From Chrysomallon squamiferum (Eukaryota > Animalia > Mollusca), in assembly GCA_012295275.1 (NCBI GenBank), contig CM022665.1, forward strand, positions 37,820,001 to 37,884,000: a stretch of 64,000 nt of DNA. The letters run 5' to 3'. The notes below the pieces were generated by a model, which saw nothing but the letters and a program-made list of their open reading frames with translations, did no database searches and was not told the origin of the DNA. Positions 1 to 13,064 of this stretch are shown here, in pieces; position 1 is the first letter of the stretch, and every line of letters starts with the position of its first letter. Both the position numbers and the translations under genes were made by a program.

Positions 1-23
1 TTTTATTTATATTTTTTGTTTAG

Positions 24-3000
24 GTTATCGATGGACGGATGCCCAGTTAATTGAAATGGCTCCTTCAGTTGTTTGGAAAATCATTTCAGCCTGTAATGCA
101 GATGCTGAATGGGGTAACATTATTTTGAGTACCTTAGAAATATAGATAACAACTTGAATGAAGTGTTGAAATAATTATTTTAAAATGCAAAGTTAAACTC
201 AAAGGAAAACATTGTATTGTTTTTAAACCTTTTTTTATCTAACTGCTGATATATCTACTTTTGTAATAAAAAGATTACAAATTGAATTATAAATAAAATA
301 AACATTTATTGTAAATATTTCAGGGCTAAAGTTGATGGTTAACAGAATTAATAAGAAAGTACTTTTTTTATATTTATTATTATTATTTATTTATTATTTT
401 TATTTTTATTTTTTGTTAATAGGAAGGGTTTGGGCTCAACAACCAAATGGAGAACTCTATGCATTTTCGAAATCCACCAATCAGGGAAACTGGGTGTCTC
501 CTTCACCATTGTTTCTGAGTCTGCATGCTGGACCTACTGCTGTGTGGGGTTTGGATGATACAGGGAAAGTCTTAGTAAGGGCTGGAATGGGACCTTACTG
601 CCCTTTGGGAGCTAGCTGGTCAGAACTGGATCTCTCGCAGTTAGGTAATGTGTTCACATTAGGAAAGTTTTAATATGCTAGTTCCAGTAATAATTCTCTT
701 GGAGTTCACATCTGATCATGACACACAGTTTTCAGGCATATTTTATTAGTCTAGGCATAACGTATAGGTCTGTGATTAGTATGTTACATTTCATTAGACA
801 AAAGTTTATTTAGTATTACTAATAGTTTTACATTTTTTTCAGTTCTGTATGAGTACCTTGATGTGACCTCTATACTTTTGGTCAGACCAAAATGTTTGTT
901 TATATTTTCATGTACCAGTATATATTTAAGTAACTATGTTAATGTACATGTTTGTATTATCACTTCTACTTTTCATATATTTTTTGTAATTATTATCATA
1001 GATAGGCAGTAGGTTTTATTGTTATTATATTATAATTTTTATATAAAGTCATAAAAACTATGTATTTTACACATACACACACTTTATATATAATGATACT
1101 CACACAAACACCAATTGTGTAATTATAGTGATCACCTTTTTACAGGTGATGTTCAGCTCATGTACATCAGCTGTAATGCAATGTATGTGTGGGCAGCGGA
1201 CTGTAATGGTCAAGTCTATCAGAGAATAGGAGCCAAAGCTCCTCAGGACCAACAACTTAGTCCAGCTTGGCTTCCAATAGATTCATTTTCAGATATTGTG
1301 TTCACTAAGGTTGTGATTGGGCCACTAGACTGGATGGTAATTTTGCTTGAGAAATAAAATTATAACTGTTGAAATGAATATCATGGTGACTGTTGAAGCA
1401 AAGATAAATGGAACAATTTGAATGTTGATTCCGAAAAGTGTAATGTTAAAATGAATTAAGATGGAATTAGAATAATGTACATATTATATTATATTATATC
1501 ATGTTTATTTTTTTATTTTTCATGTAAGTATTAGTTGTTCCACTTACAAGAAATAATTTTCATTTTAATTGTCTATATTTACTTAAAAGGTATTGCCAGT
1601 ATGATGACATTGGTTAACAGATTGACAGGTTTTTATTTTATTTTATCTTTTTCTCAGTATTATTCTATAAATTTAATATAAAACAACAGTAGCAGTTGTC
1701 CCTTACTGATTAAGAATGGTTTTAACTTCTGTTCATGAATATTTTTTTATTACTACAGTGTGTTTATATTTGTTCAGGTCTGGGCTGTTGATAATCGAAG
1801 GCTAGCCTATGTCAGAGCTGGAATCACAGAGGAAATGCCAATAGGTAAAGAGTGGCTCCATGTCCCAGGTAACAGCAAATTTCTCTGTTTCTGTGAAGTA
1901 AAAAAACAGTTCCAAAAATACAGATTAACTGAAGACTTAAAAAAATAAATTAATTAATTAAATGAAAACATATTTTATTAATCAGACATTTTATATATAA
2001 AAATATAGCAAAATGCTTAGGTATAATTCAAAGAAAGAAAGAAAAAAGAAATACTAATAATACAAAATGAATTTAAAAAAAAAGTCTTAAGAGACCAAAT
2101 ACAGAAAATATTTAATATAAAAATTTTTCCAGGAACACAAGTAACAGAACTAGCACTCAGTAAGACTGGTGTTTGGGCTCTTAATCTAAATGGAGAAATT
2201 TTGTTTCGATATGGAATCAGCTTGGACAATATTTGTGGAGATTACTGGAAAAAACTTCCAGGAGTCTTTTCTCATTTGTCAGGTAAAAAGAACTTATTAA
2301 CTATCTGCATTATAGGTGACATAATCAAGCCTAAATCTTTTATTTTCTTTGAAAATGCATTTCTCTGGAATGGATATCCAAAATGATCTTATATTTATTT
2401 TCTTTTTTTCTTTTTTCTTCTATTTTTTATCTTTTAAATTCTGAAGAAATTATCTGGAACTAACAGATATTAATAAGATATTTATGGATATTTTTTACTT
2501 CCTAATTTTATGTATTATTTTTAAATTAAATATTCATGATGTTTTGTTTTTTTCTAAAGTGTAATATCTCTATAAGTTAATTTCATTTTCCACTTGTGTA
2601 AACTTTGCAAATCAATGTTAAAATAGTAAACAGAAGTTATCCTGTTTTGAAAAAAATACATAAACATTCATCATTAGGTTAACTAAATTTGATGCAATAT
2701 TAATAACTTTATTTTTGTTAATGTAATACAAGCATTATCCAGCAGGGAGGGTCAGAAAAAAGTATAAACTATAATTATCTTATATTTTTTTATTATCTTG
2801 CATTATTTTGATCATTATTATTATTTAGTAGTTTAAAAATACTGTTTATTATTTTTATATATAAATAAATGAAGAAACATGTTAGCCTTTTCTGCCTCAC
2901 ATAAAGAAATTTAGCATTGTTGTTTATTATCTTCATTTAATAATGAAAAATTACACTCATTTCTATGTAATATACACTGGTTGTTTCCATTACTTTCCTT

Positions 3001-3234
3001 AGATGTATTATAAATTATATTTTACAGTAATCACTTAAGATACATTATAAAATTTAATTTATTCATGTTTATTTTACAGTTTCCTCTTCTGACGATCTCT
3101 GGGCTCTTACTTTGGAAGGACATTTACAGCACTGTCACATGAAGTACATCCTTCGACGACAGCTATCTTCAGATCAGTCTTTATTGCGTACCATGTCATC
3201 TGGTAGTGAAGAAGGAGAATGGGAACTGGTTTAA
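24..3234 (+). CDS. TECPR2: Tectonin beta-propeller repeat-containing protein 2, 3' part (last 6 exons; 5' part lies upstream of the window)
   Basis: Phase-consistent GT-AG exons at 24-113, 423-644, 1146-1336, 1778-1868, 2133-2282 and 3080-3234. They encode tectonin/TECPR blades (VWGLDDTGKVLVRAG, VWAADCNGQVYQRIG, VWAVDNRRLAYVRAGITEEMPIGKEW, VWALNLNGEILFRYGI...GDYWKKLPG). The protein ends SEEGEWELV*, matching the C-terminal acidic W-x-x-I/V LIR of TECPR2. Confidence 0.9.
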
Positions 3235-3938
3235 AAAGCAAAATATAATTTTTTCATTTCCAAAATTTTTTTTATAAATCAATGGAATAAAATTTCTTCA
3301 TTTTGGATAATAACTGAAACTAAAACAAATTTTTTTTTTTTTTAAATTTTAGTAGGTCTTTTCATTTCAGTTAGTCCATTGGATGGAACCCGACTGATTC
3401 TGATTTTGATATAAATTGGTATATATGTTTGTTCTTGTCTCTTACCCCAAAATATCAAATGTTTCCAAACAACCTTCTATTTTATTGGGTGATTTGACAG
3501 GCAATAACCCTTGAAGGGTTTTCATTTATGGTGTTGGTATTTAAAAACATAAAAACACATTGTTTTTGTGTTCATGTACATATAAAAATTGTTATAACTA
3601 AGATACAGAGACTGTGTTAGTACTATCTAATAGTATAAAAATATATCAGCAAATGTGCTATTGTCTATTTTTATAAGGACATTGGTAAATAGTTTGAATA
3701 TTCCAAATGATTCCAAGATGGTAACATCAGTTAACAGTAGATGGGTATCAGAAAAGTGAGTGTCAGATAAGAAAACAAAAGTATTACTATTTTTTTTTTT
3801 TTTTTGATTCAATTCTGAAATTTGTTTATGGAGTTAGTAAGAAATATTATCAGTGGTGTAACTATTCATGTCTTTCACAGAGTATATGTTACAATGTCTT
3901 GTCATATACTACATCAATATATCTATGTGTGTATATAA

Positions 3939-3939
<1 letters not shown>

Positions 3940-3972
<33 letters not shown>
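3940..3972. repeat. (GT)n microsatellite
   Basis: Perfect GT dinucleotide run. Confidence 0.95.
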
Positions 3973-3974
<2 letters not shown>

Positions 3975-5012
3975 CCATTACTCTGATGTGATAATCAGAG
4001 GATTAAAATAATTGGTTAATAAAACCCCTTGACATCATCTTTTTTTAATTATACAGAGATAATTACAGGTTTTTATTTAGTTGCTTGTTTTTAAGCACAA
4101 TAAAACTATTATTATAAATTGTTGTTTTTCATGGGGTTTGTTATTTTTGTTTTTCCAAATAATTTTTTGCACATTGTTATTGGTTAAAATGAATAAAGTA
4201 CTCAACTTTACTTGTACAAAAAAAAAATGAAATATTCTGGCTTCTACATGTACATATATTTGTTGTAGTTTATTTTGTTGTTTCTTACTTGTAAAATTGT
4301 TTCATATATATATATGGCATGGTTTCAGATACTGTAAACCTTTGACGTTATTATTTATTGGCTTTCACATTGTGTTAATTGTTAATAGTTGTTATCATTT
4401 TTTGGTGGGTTTTTGTGTTTGTTTTTATTGTTGCAAGACTTAAGCTGTACTTACAAATTTTTACTTGAAAATTGATCACGGTACTATGGCAGAATAACTG
4501 GATCTATTTTAATACTTCAGCATATTACAGCTTTTGAGGTATTTATTGTTTCAGAAATCATTCAAGTTGTAACTGATACAATAACGTTAATGTTTAGTAA
4601 TTAAAATTGGTTACTGTCAATATATCAGAATAAAGGAGTAATACTTATCTAGTTATCTCTGAACACTGGCTTATTCAGGTTAGGGCAGCAGATAGTGGCC
4701 TCTCAATAACATTACACACACATACATAGACAGATTTTCAGTTCAAACGAGAGTTACTTATGCAAATTAGGTTTATATCTTTCTCCCCTCACAAAAGAAA
4801 TCCTATATACAATGGTTTCTGATAATTCAGCCCTTCCAAAAACAAATTAAAAAATATTTTTAAAATATAAACTTTCATTTTGTACAGTTATATGAACTTA
4901 TGATTATATTCATTATTGTTAAACAAAATTTAAATTCAACATCATAATTATCATCAGTGTAATGAGAATTAAAAACATATTGCAGCAAATTTTAATTGTC
5001 AATGCCCTTAAA

Positions 5013-5279
5013 CAATGGCATGCATGGGGTGGGTGGGGGGGGCTGAGGGTGCAGTGGCCCCAGGCATCAAATCAGAGAAAAGAACTTAATAAAACTGGTT
5101 GATTTACATTTAAATCAAATAAAGTGTTTATTTTATGTTTCATCTGTGTTTACTTGTTCAAAATATCTTCCTTTTTCATAATATTTCTCAGTACTAAGCC
5201 TTATACTTGTGTCTTTGGGTCATACAATCAACAATTAAGGAGTTGGCCCCGGGCATCACCAGACCTCTGCACACCACTG
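5013..5279. mobile_element. hAT-type MITE, family A, copy 1
   Basis: Imperfect TIRs CAATGGCATGCA / TGCACACCACTG. Exact 8-bp TSD CCCTTAAA at 5005-5012 and 5280-5287. Body closely matches 11482-11712. Confidence 0.85.
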
Positions 5280-6089
5280 CCCTTAAATAAGAGCATAAAT
5301 CACCTTTGTTAAACAATTATTTGTTAGTTACTTAAATTTTTATCTCTGTCTTAATAACTGAAGGAATATGGTCACAGATAACAACTGAGGTTGACTACCA
5401 CTATGAAAAAGTATTTTAAAATATTTATACGTTCAAAACTGTCTCACTGTTTATTTTTATGTATTTATTTATTTAATGGTTATTGTAATTTCAGTACAGA
5501 ATATACCATGTAATGTATGCAACTGATGCATATTTATATAACAAAATATAAAAGTAAACTAATGAGTCAAAAGACAGAATTTTGCCTGAGGTAATTTATG
5601 GTGTTTTAACATAAATTGTTTTGACATTTGTCAAATTATTTTGCCTTTTTGTAGGCTAATGTATGGTTACAAGGCTTATTATTTCTGTAAATACATTATA
5701 CAAAATAAAGATGATTACAGTATGGTTAATAACCATATCTCACTGTGAACCTGAATTTATTTAAGCTTTACAAAACCTAAAAACATAATTCTTGTGAATT
5801 ATTATTATTGTTATTTGTTAAAGTAATTTAATTTTTAAATCTGCAGAAAATTGTTATGTAAACTAATCGTAAAATCTGATAATTTAAATTACTGTAATAT
5901 TAAATAAATTATTTTGTGAATAAAAATGATTAATGGAAGGAAATTTGTTCATATCTTTTTTTTTTTTTTTGAAGTGATATAATAATTATATACTGACATT
6001 GACTCCAGGAGAATATTGGACCTTTGAAAAGCTTGAGTTTTAGCACAAATACAGGAATATAAAATATTGTTGGGCATAAATGACTAGAA

Positions 6090-6436
6090 CAGTTGTTCTC
6101 AAAGGATGTGCCCGGAGACGTACTTAGCTGTGCCCCATGAAATTCTAGGATCTAGGTAGATATTTGCGGTGACAAAAAAATTGATTATGTTAAGAGTGGA
6201 AAGATATCCAGTAAGAAATAGCCGGTTGCCTGGAATAAGATTTTATACACGTTGTAAACTCATTCAAAACAAGTTCTGGCTGATGAGCAAGTGCGTATGC
6301 TCAAAGCTGCGCAGTAGTGTATTGTATGATAGGTGAGCAAGTGTGATAAACAGCCAAAGTTTTCTTGTGACACATATTCCTATCACTGTCACAGTCACTA
6401 CCCATCTAAAACTTTAATACTTTATGGAATTTTAGC
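6090..6436 (+). mobile_element. Truncated left arm of hAT (Charlie-like) non-autonomous element, family B
   Basis: Begins with TIR CAGTTGTTCTCAAA and is colinear with 15841-16178 and 58442-58760, then breaks off. Preceded by GACTAGAA. Confidence 0.85.
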
Positions 6437-6469
6437 TTTATAACTTTAGTTTTATTTATTTTTTTAATC

Positions 6470-7163
6470 ATTATTATTATTATTATTTTTTTTTTTTTAA
6501 CTTTTAAAATCTTTAGAATAATAATATTTTACTATCAAATAAATAAACGTAACTTAAAAATGATATGAAATAAGCACCTTTATATACGAGAAAGGCTAAG
6601 AAAAAAAATAATAAATGTCAAATTGTTACCAGTAACATATATATAACCCTTCAAATAGAAAAATAAATAAATAAATAAATAATATCTTGCTTTAAATTTT
6701 GGTAATGATTTGAAAATTACTTGTAAACTGGGATTGCATGCAAAATAAATGTCACAGTTATAAATATATTTCTAAAAAATTACAAAAATATTAAAAATAA
6801 TAATAATAATAATAATAATAATATATAATATATATTATTGTAAATTATTTTTGGTGCTAAAAATAATAAAGTTTTAAAACATTGTGAAATTTTTAAATGA
6901 TGACACTCTTTAAACTTCTGTACTTTATGAAAACATCTACTATTACCTATTCTTTGGCCCAAATACTAGAATAACAGAAAAACTTATTTTAAAAGCTCTA
7001 CATACTATTAATAAGTTCAAAGCAGTGAAATGAAAATGTTAAAATCTGCAACTTTATTATAAAAACTATAAGTTTACACCTAGAAAAAAACATCTAGAAA
7101 TATTTTAATGATTTCAACGGTGAAGGATTTGTTAGGTTCAATGCTTTCGGCCGACTTTTCCTT
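6470..7163 (+). repeat. ~700-bp direct duplication, copy 1 (copy 2 at ~12355-13064)
   Basis: Near-identical text from TTAACTTTTAAA through CCGACTTTTCCTT in both places. Confidence 0.9.
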
Positions 7164-7735
7164 CAATTCTGAATACAACAGTGTCATTGTTTTGTTATTT
7201 ATTTCTGCACTGTACTTTGTGGGTAATGGTGTCTGTGTGTCTGAGAGATTTTACAAATGTACTCAAATCTGTTATTAAATTCCCTTCCAGTTTATGTTAA
7301 GCTGCTAATCGGCATAATGTGCATACTGACCCAATCACTGCGTCATTGCTCGATCGTTCATTTATACCTCTGTTTGTGCGTGCGTGTGTGGGAAATGCTG
7401 CTCTTTGGGATTATTTAAAGTGGTATAAAGTTTTGCAAAATGCATTATAGAATTATGAAGATGTCTGAAGATGAAATAAGCCTCTTTATTCAGTAAAATA
7501 AAATAAACTGATGCTCAAATGCACACGGGATTTAAGAAACTGATATGCACTGTGCAAATACAGTTTTCTGTTTATTTATTTAAAACCTATTTTGTTTTGG
7601 GACGTATGATTCGAACCATCTTGAAATGTAGTTCGCCAGTCTTGAACCCTCCCTAACTACGAGCTTGCAAATTATTTAAATTATTACATTCATATAGTCC
7701 ATAATAATAAAATAGAAAAATAAATAAATATTTAA

Positions 7736-7812
7736 GAAATTCTGGTTTACTGTTATAATATTCGTGAGAATTAAAACGCATTAAATAAGTTAGCAAATAC
7801 TCTCAATTAGTT
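7736..7812 (+). repeat. ~75-bp direct repeat (other copy ~15246-15320)
   Basis: AATTCTGGTTTACTGTTATAATATTCGTGA...GCAAATACTCTCAATTAGTT occurs at both sites. Confidence 0.85.
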
Positions 7813-9487
7813 CCATGCTCATTTCACCAATGTAGAAATAATTTGATAGTGATATATATATATATATATATATATGTTTTTTTTTTTTTTTTTTTATTAT
7901 TTATTTATTAGATATTAATGGCGCGAGAAAATGCTTCGAGAATACTCAGGTTTTTCATTCTTAATGTTTTTCAGTCACTCGTCTTAATACACTAGTGGTC
8001 GATACCGAAGGAAAAATATTTTGTTTTCAAAAATCAAAATGCAGAAAATAGAAAAATAATGCTATTTTCAGTTGGCGCATTCACAATGGAGAATTCTTCA
8101 AACCACTTAGAGTAAATGAAAAACGATTTAAAAGGAAAAATATCAGTGTCTATTATCTGGCTTCAATGATTATATTAACTTACAGTCCAGGTTTTGTTTA
8201 CAGTTGTTTATGAACGAGTGTTGGTGCACGTGTGTGGAAAATACGTTTATCTTTTGTTGTGTAGTATTACTGTTATTATCATTAACACCGTCACCACTAG
8301 GACTAGTTCTGCTGCTAAGACGACTACTACTGCTACTTATAATACTAATACTTCTAAATGCAGCTACTGTTAGGATAACACAGGCGACTGCAGGAACTTT
8401 TTCAACTGAGGTTCAGAATCGGTGCTCTTCAGGGCACTGTTGTGCTGTTTTCCTTTTTAGCCAATAACCAATGAAAACCGCAAATTGTTTTCCATGTTTA
8501 GGAGACGGTGCATTTCAACAATCTTTTGTTGCTAATTGATTAAAGTCTGTAATGAAATGGCAACCAGGTTTAACCTGTTATAAAATCAACAAAAACATCA
8601 ACAATTCTACATTTGTATTGTTTTAAACGTATGTGTAACCGTTATGTCCTCATCTAATTTCCATTCCTTTTCATTTTGTGGCATTTCTTTTTTTACAGTT
8701 ATTCAATGTTACTTTACAAAAGTAAATAAATACAAACAAATCAAAGAAATAAAGAAATAAACAATCAATCAAACAAATAAAAGCAAATATAAAGATACAT
8801 ACATGCACACATACGTATGTACGTACATATAATTCATTTATAAATGTTCAGTATATAAATATTTAATAAGAATAATATATAAATAAATAATAATAATAAA
8901 GGATTTAAAAGAACATTTATTGCAGACGAACTTCATATCAAGGATTACAAAACATTCTTACATTGACTAAAGGTTAAGGTACGGCTTTTTATCGGCACAA
9001 ATGAAAATATCAGTTTCTTAGATGATTAGTTACAGAGGCTAGTACTCACAAAAGAGTTCTGACAAAGCAGGTAATTTGTAATGTTAGTTTTTGTGGGGGT
9101 TTTTCATCGAGTATTAACCACAACTCTATTTGTTTTCTTTCTTTTTCTTTTTTCTTTCTTTCTTTTTTTTTTTTTTTTCTTTTAATTTTTTTTTTAAATA
9201 TATATATATATAAGAAACACTTTTCTAAGTGAACTGTATGTCCATGTCCGCGAGTTGATGGATAATCATAATGAAATAGTTTCAAAATAGATCCCTCCGC
9301 CCCAGATCTCTCTCTCTCTCTCTGTTTTCTTTTCTTTTCATTTTTTTTTTTTTTTTTTTGTTGTTGTTTTTTTTTACTGTAAATGATTCACATAAAAGTT
9401 TTGATTCAATAACGTTGAGGAAAGACGGCGATTTTTATTATTATTTTTTTTGGTTTGTTTTGTTCCTTCTTTCTTTCTTTCTTCATT

Positions 9488-9488
<1 letters not shown>

Positions 9489-9548
<60 letters not shown>
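9489..9548. repeat. (GT)n(GA)n compound microsatellite
   Basis: Directly visible. Confidence 0.95.
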
Positions 9549-9554
<6 letters not shown>

Positions 9555-11087
9555 TGTTTTGCACTTATACAGGAAGTTTATACGATTTTCGTGTTTACTG
9601 GTCGAAAGACTTCCTCGTAATAATAACGTAATTTTTCGTCTGCTTTCGTAAATTCTGCCAATGGCTGCAGGCTTAGGTAAATATGATCAGTAACACTTCA
9701 GCAAATATCCCTCATAGTTATTCGATTAGAATGATTTTAACATTTCATTCCTTCATGACTTACAATTTAAAACATTCATTTCTAGCGATAACAGCTTCAG
9801 TAAGAGTCCGTTTCTCTCATTTTATCTGTGTACCTTTTTCCGTCATTTTCTCCGTTTAAAATATTAAACACACACATTAAAAGACGCACGCACACGCATC
9901 CTTTTTTTCTGCTGTTGAGTATTTTTTCTAGCGTTGAGTAATATAAGTGTAATTTGTAATTGTTTACGGGCTAAGCACTCAGTACAAATGCAACGCACTC
10001 TGCTGTATTCTACGTAAAGAAAAGTTTTATTATTCATTAAAGTAGAACTTTTCCCTTAAGATTTTCTTGTTTTGATTGCAATTGTTTGTTTGTGTGTATT
10101 TGTAAAAATAGTGTCTGTATTACTACCTATCCAGGAATAAATAATGAAAGTTACACTCAACAGAATAACACCACATTTTCAGAAATTCTGGACCAGACCC
10201 TAGCAAATACTTTCAATGTGGAAAGTGATTTTTCAATTTCTTATAAGCTAGTGACCTGTTTAGATATAATGTGCCAATTTTGTCTTCTTTCTGCCTGCTA
10301 GACTTTCACGTGAAACCGAATATTCCCGACAGTAACCTAATTAGGTAATTCTGGCTTTGAAGGTAATAATACATTTTCAGCGACTTGCTTTTCTCCTGCG
10401 GCCTATGGCAAAGACATTCAAAAATCCATCTTTCCGTTGACGCAAAATGAATTATGATGTAACTTCAGCAGAAGGCTTTCCTCTCCTTTCTTTCAGAACA
10501 CTGTATTATGGTCTTGAAAACGTTGTTCGTTAGTTTTAATACAGCAAGAATGCAGCAGGTCGTTTACGATGAACACTTCAGGTCGGTGTTTCCTAACATG
10601 AGGCACACGACCCAAATGAGGACAATTTAATTATGACGTATTAAGAACAAAAAATTTCTGAACTCGCTGATGTCGATGGCCAAGAAATCCTGAAAGGCAG
10701 AACAAACAATTAAATTCAGTTCCACTTGTTTTATGAAATAATTATGCTAATGAATAAGTTTTCCGAACTTGGTAGGCTGTTATGCCAAAGGGGGTATGAA
10801 TATCGTGGAGGGGGTAAGTAGACCAAGGCCCCTCATGCTTTAAGTAAATCTGGCTACTTTCCGATTTACAAGACTTTATTTTGTTGTGGCTTCTAACAAA
10901 TATCAAACACCATCGTCTTATAAGTTACTGAATACTACACATCGTCTACTGCAGAGAATGTTTATTAATGATTGTTGAAAATGAATGTTTGCGTAACAAA
11001 ACACAACATATTTACACATTTTAACGTTAACGGCTAACGGTTATTATCTGTCAGTCGTTTATCTTTTTCTTTTATAATGAAGAAAAC

Positions 11088-11278
11088 AGGAAAGCGGCAA
11101 CACCATCCACGGGTTACTCTGATCAGTTAGCAGCGAGGAATCTTTTCTCTGTGTGTTACCACAGAGATAAAAGACTTGCCACAGCCTTTTGCAAACCATT
11201 GTAATGGAGCAGTGGTTGTAATGGAACATAGCCTAAAAGGGACCGGTGTGAAAGCTTGATCTCGTCATCTATCACACT
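11088..11278. mobile_element. Degenerate SINE fragment with Deu/Nin-type central domain
   Basis: GGGTTACTCT..TTAGCAGCGAGGAATCTTTT..CCACAG..CCACAGCCTTT..GGAGCAGTGGTTG resembles the recalled Deu/Nin SINE core common in gastropods. A more decayed copy lies at ~35865-35955. Confidence 0.55.
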
Positions 11279-11317
11279 GAATATCGATCTTATAATCACT
11301 GAGAAATATTCCGGGTC

Positions 11318-11721
11318 CAGGAGGCGGATTCAGGAGGATTTCCCAGTCGCACAAACACCCTCCCAAGCAATAAATAAATAAATAAATAAATAAACAAACA
11401 AACAAGTAAGTAAGTAAATAAATAATAATAATAATAATAATTATAATAACAAGTAATGATAAAAACAACTGATGTCCACAGCAGTGGTGTGTAGAAGGGG
11501 GCCGAAGGGGCGGTGGCCCCAGGCACCCAGATGAGAGGGGGCATCCAATCAGAGAAAAGAATTTAAAAGCTTGGTTGATTTATATTTAAATCGAATAAAG
11601 TGTTTATTTTATGTTTCATCTGTGTTTATATATTCAAAATACCTGCCTTATACTTGAGATTTTAGGGCATAGAGTCAAGGAGATGGCATCACCAGACCTC
11701 TGCACGCCATTGTTCCACAGG

Positions 11722-11756
<35 letters not shown>

Positions 11757-12069
11757 TCGCTTCCCCTCCTGTAGTTGCACAAGTGACACTGAAGTTGATG
11801 TGCGTACAGTCCTTGTTGCATTCGTTTTGAAACTGAGGACAACGTATGACGACATTGCAGGCGCACATGCTGCTCAGTGTGAACGAAGGCAAGTGACGGT
11901 ATTAAGTAGCACTGATGTACGCATCAGTTTGAAACAGTTCACAACAAACACTCACTCACTCAGTCTCACTCTGTCTCATGTATCCTGTAAAATTGATAAT
12001 TTCAAATTATAAACGTTTACATATTGTTTTGGAAATCCCCTCCTTACCTAAAGTTTAATCCGCCCCTTG
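11318..12069. mobile_element. Putative DNA-transposon MITE hosting a nested family A MITE
   Basis: Imperfect inverted termini CAGGAGGCGGATT / AATCCGCCCCTTG. GGGTC occurs at both junctions, but the TSD length is ambiguous. Confidence 0.45.
11482..11712. mobile_element. hAT-type MITE, family A, copy 2
   Basis: TIRs CAGTGGTGTGTA / TGCACGCCATTG. TSD GTCCACAG / TTCCACAG (7/8 match). Homologous to 5013-5279. Confidence 0.85.
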
Positions 12070-12354
12070 GGTCTATTATGCAAGAGTGCAAACTTGATTG
12101 TACGAGTTTAATTCATATTACGAAGTAAAAAATCAATTCCCACGTATATCTAGATCTTTTAAAATGGTTAAGATTCTGAAGACTCATTCTTTCTTGGCTT
12201 TTTCCATTCATTGCTTAAACTTGTACGGTTTTTGTCAAGGCAAACGAGTTAAAATTATAGGTCTTGAGAAAATATATTAAATGTTTTAAAATAATAATAA
12301 CACGAACACTTACTACTATGACAGTTTTAATTACTTTATTTTTATTTTTCGTTT

Positions 12355-12683
12355 TGTTATTATTATTATTATTATTTTAACTTTTAAATATTTAGAATAA
12401 TAATATTTTATTAACAAATAAATAAACATAACTTAAAAATGATATGAAATAAGCACCTTTATATATGAGAAAGGTTAAGAAAAAACAAAAATGTCAAATT
12501 GGTACCAGTAACATATATATAACCCTTCAAATAGAAAAATATATAAATAAATAAATAATATCTTGCTTTAAATTTTGGTAATGATTTGAAAATTACTTGT
12601 AAATTGGGATTGCATGTAAAATAAATGTCATAGTTATAAATATATTTTTTAAAAATTACCAAAAAAAAAAAAAAAAAAAAAAA

Positions 12684-12723
<40 letters not shown>

Positions 12724-13064
12724 TATAATTTATATTATTGTAAATTATTTTTGGTGCTAAAAATAATAAAGTTTTAAAACATTGTAGAAATTTTTTAAAT
12801 GATGACACTCTTTAAACTTCTGTACTTTATGAAAACATCTACTATTACCTATTCTTTGGCCCAAATACTAGAATAACAGAAAAACTTATTTTAAAAGCTC
12901 TACATACTTGAAATAAGTTCAAAGCAGTGAAATGAAAATGTTAAAATCTGCAACTTTATTATAAAAAGTACAAGTTTACACCTAGAAAAACCATGAAGAA
13001 ATATTTTAATGACTTCTACGGTCAAGGATTTGTTAGGTTCAGTACTTTCAGCCGACTTTTCCTT
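12355..13064 (+). repeat. ~700-bp direct duplication, copy 2
   Basis: Matches 6470-7163, with an expanded A/AAT tract. Confidence 0.9.

Noticed and set aside
10944-10951. GTCTACTG matching the left flank of the 15841 element
   Set aside because: It is not adjacent to a right TIR, so it cannot be the partner TSD; likely chance.
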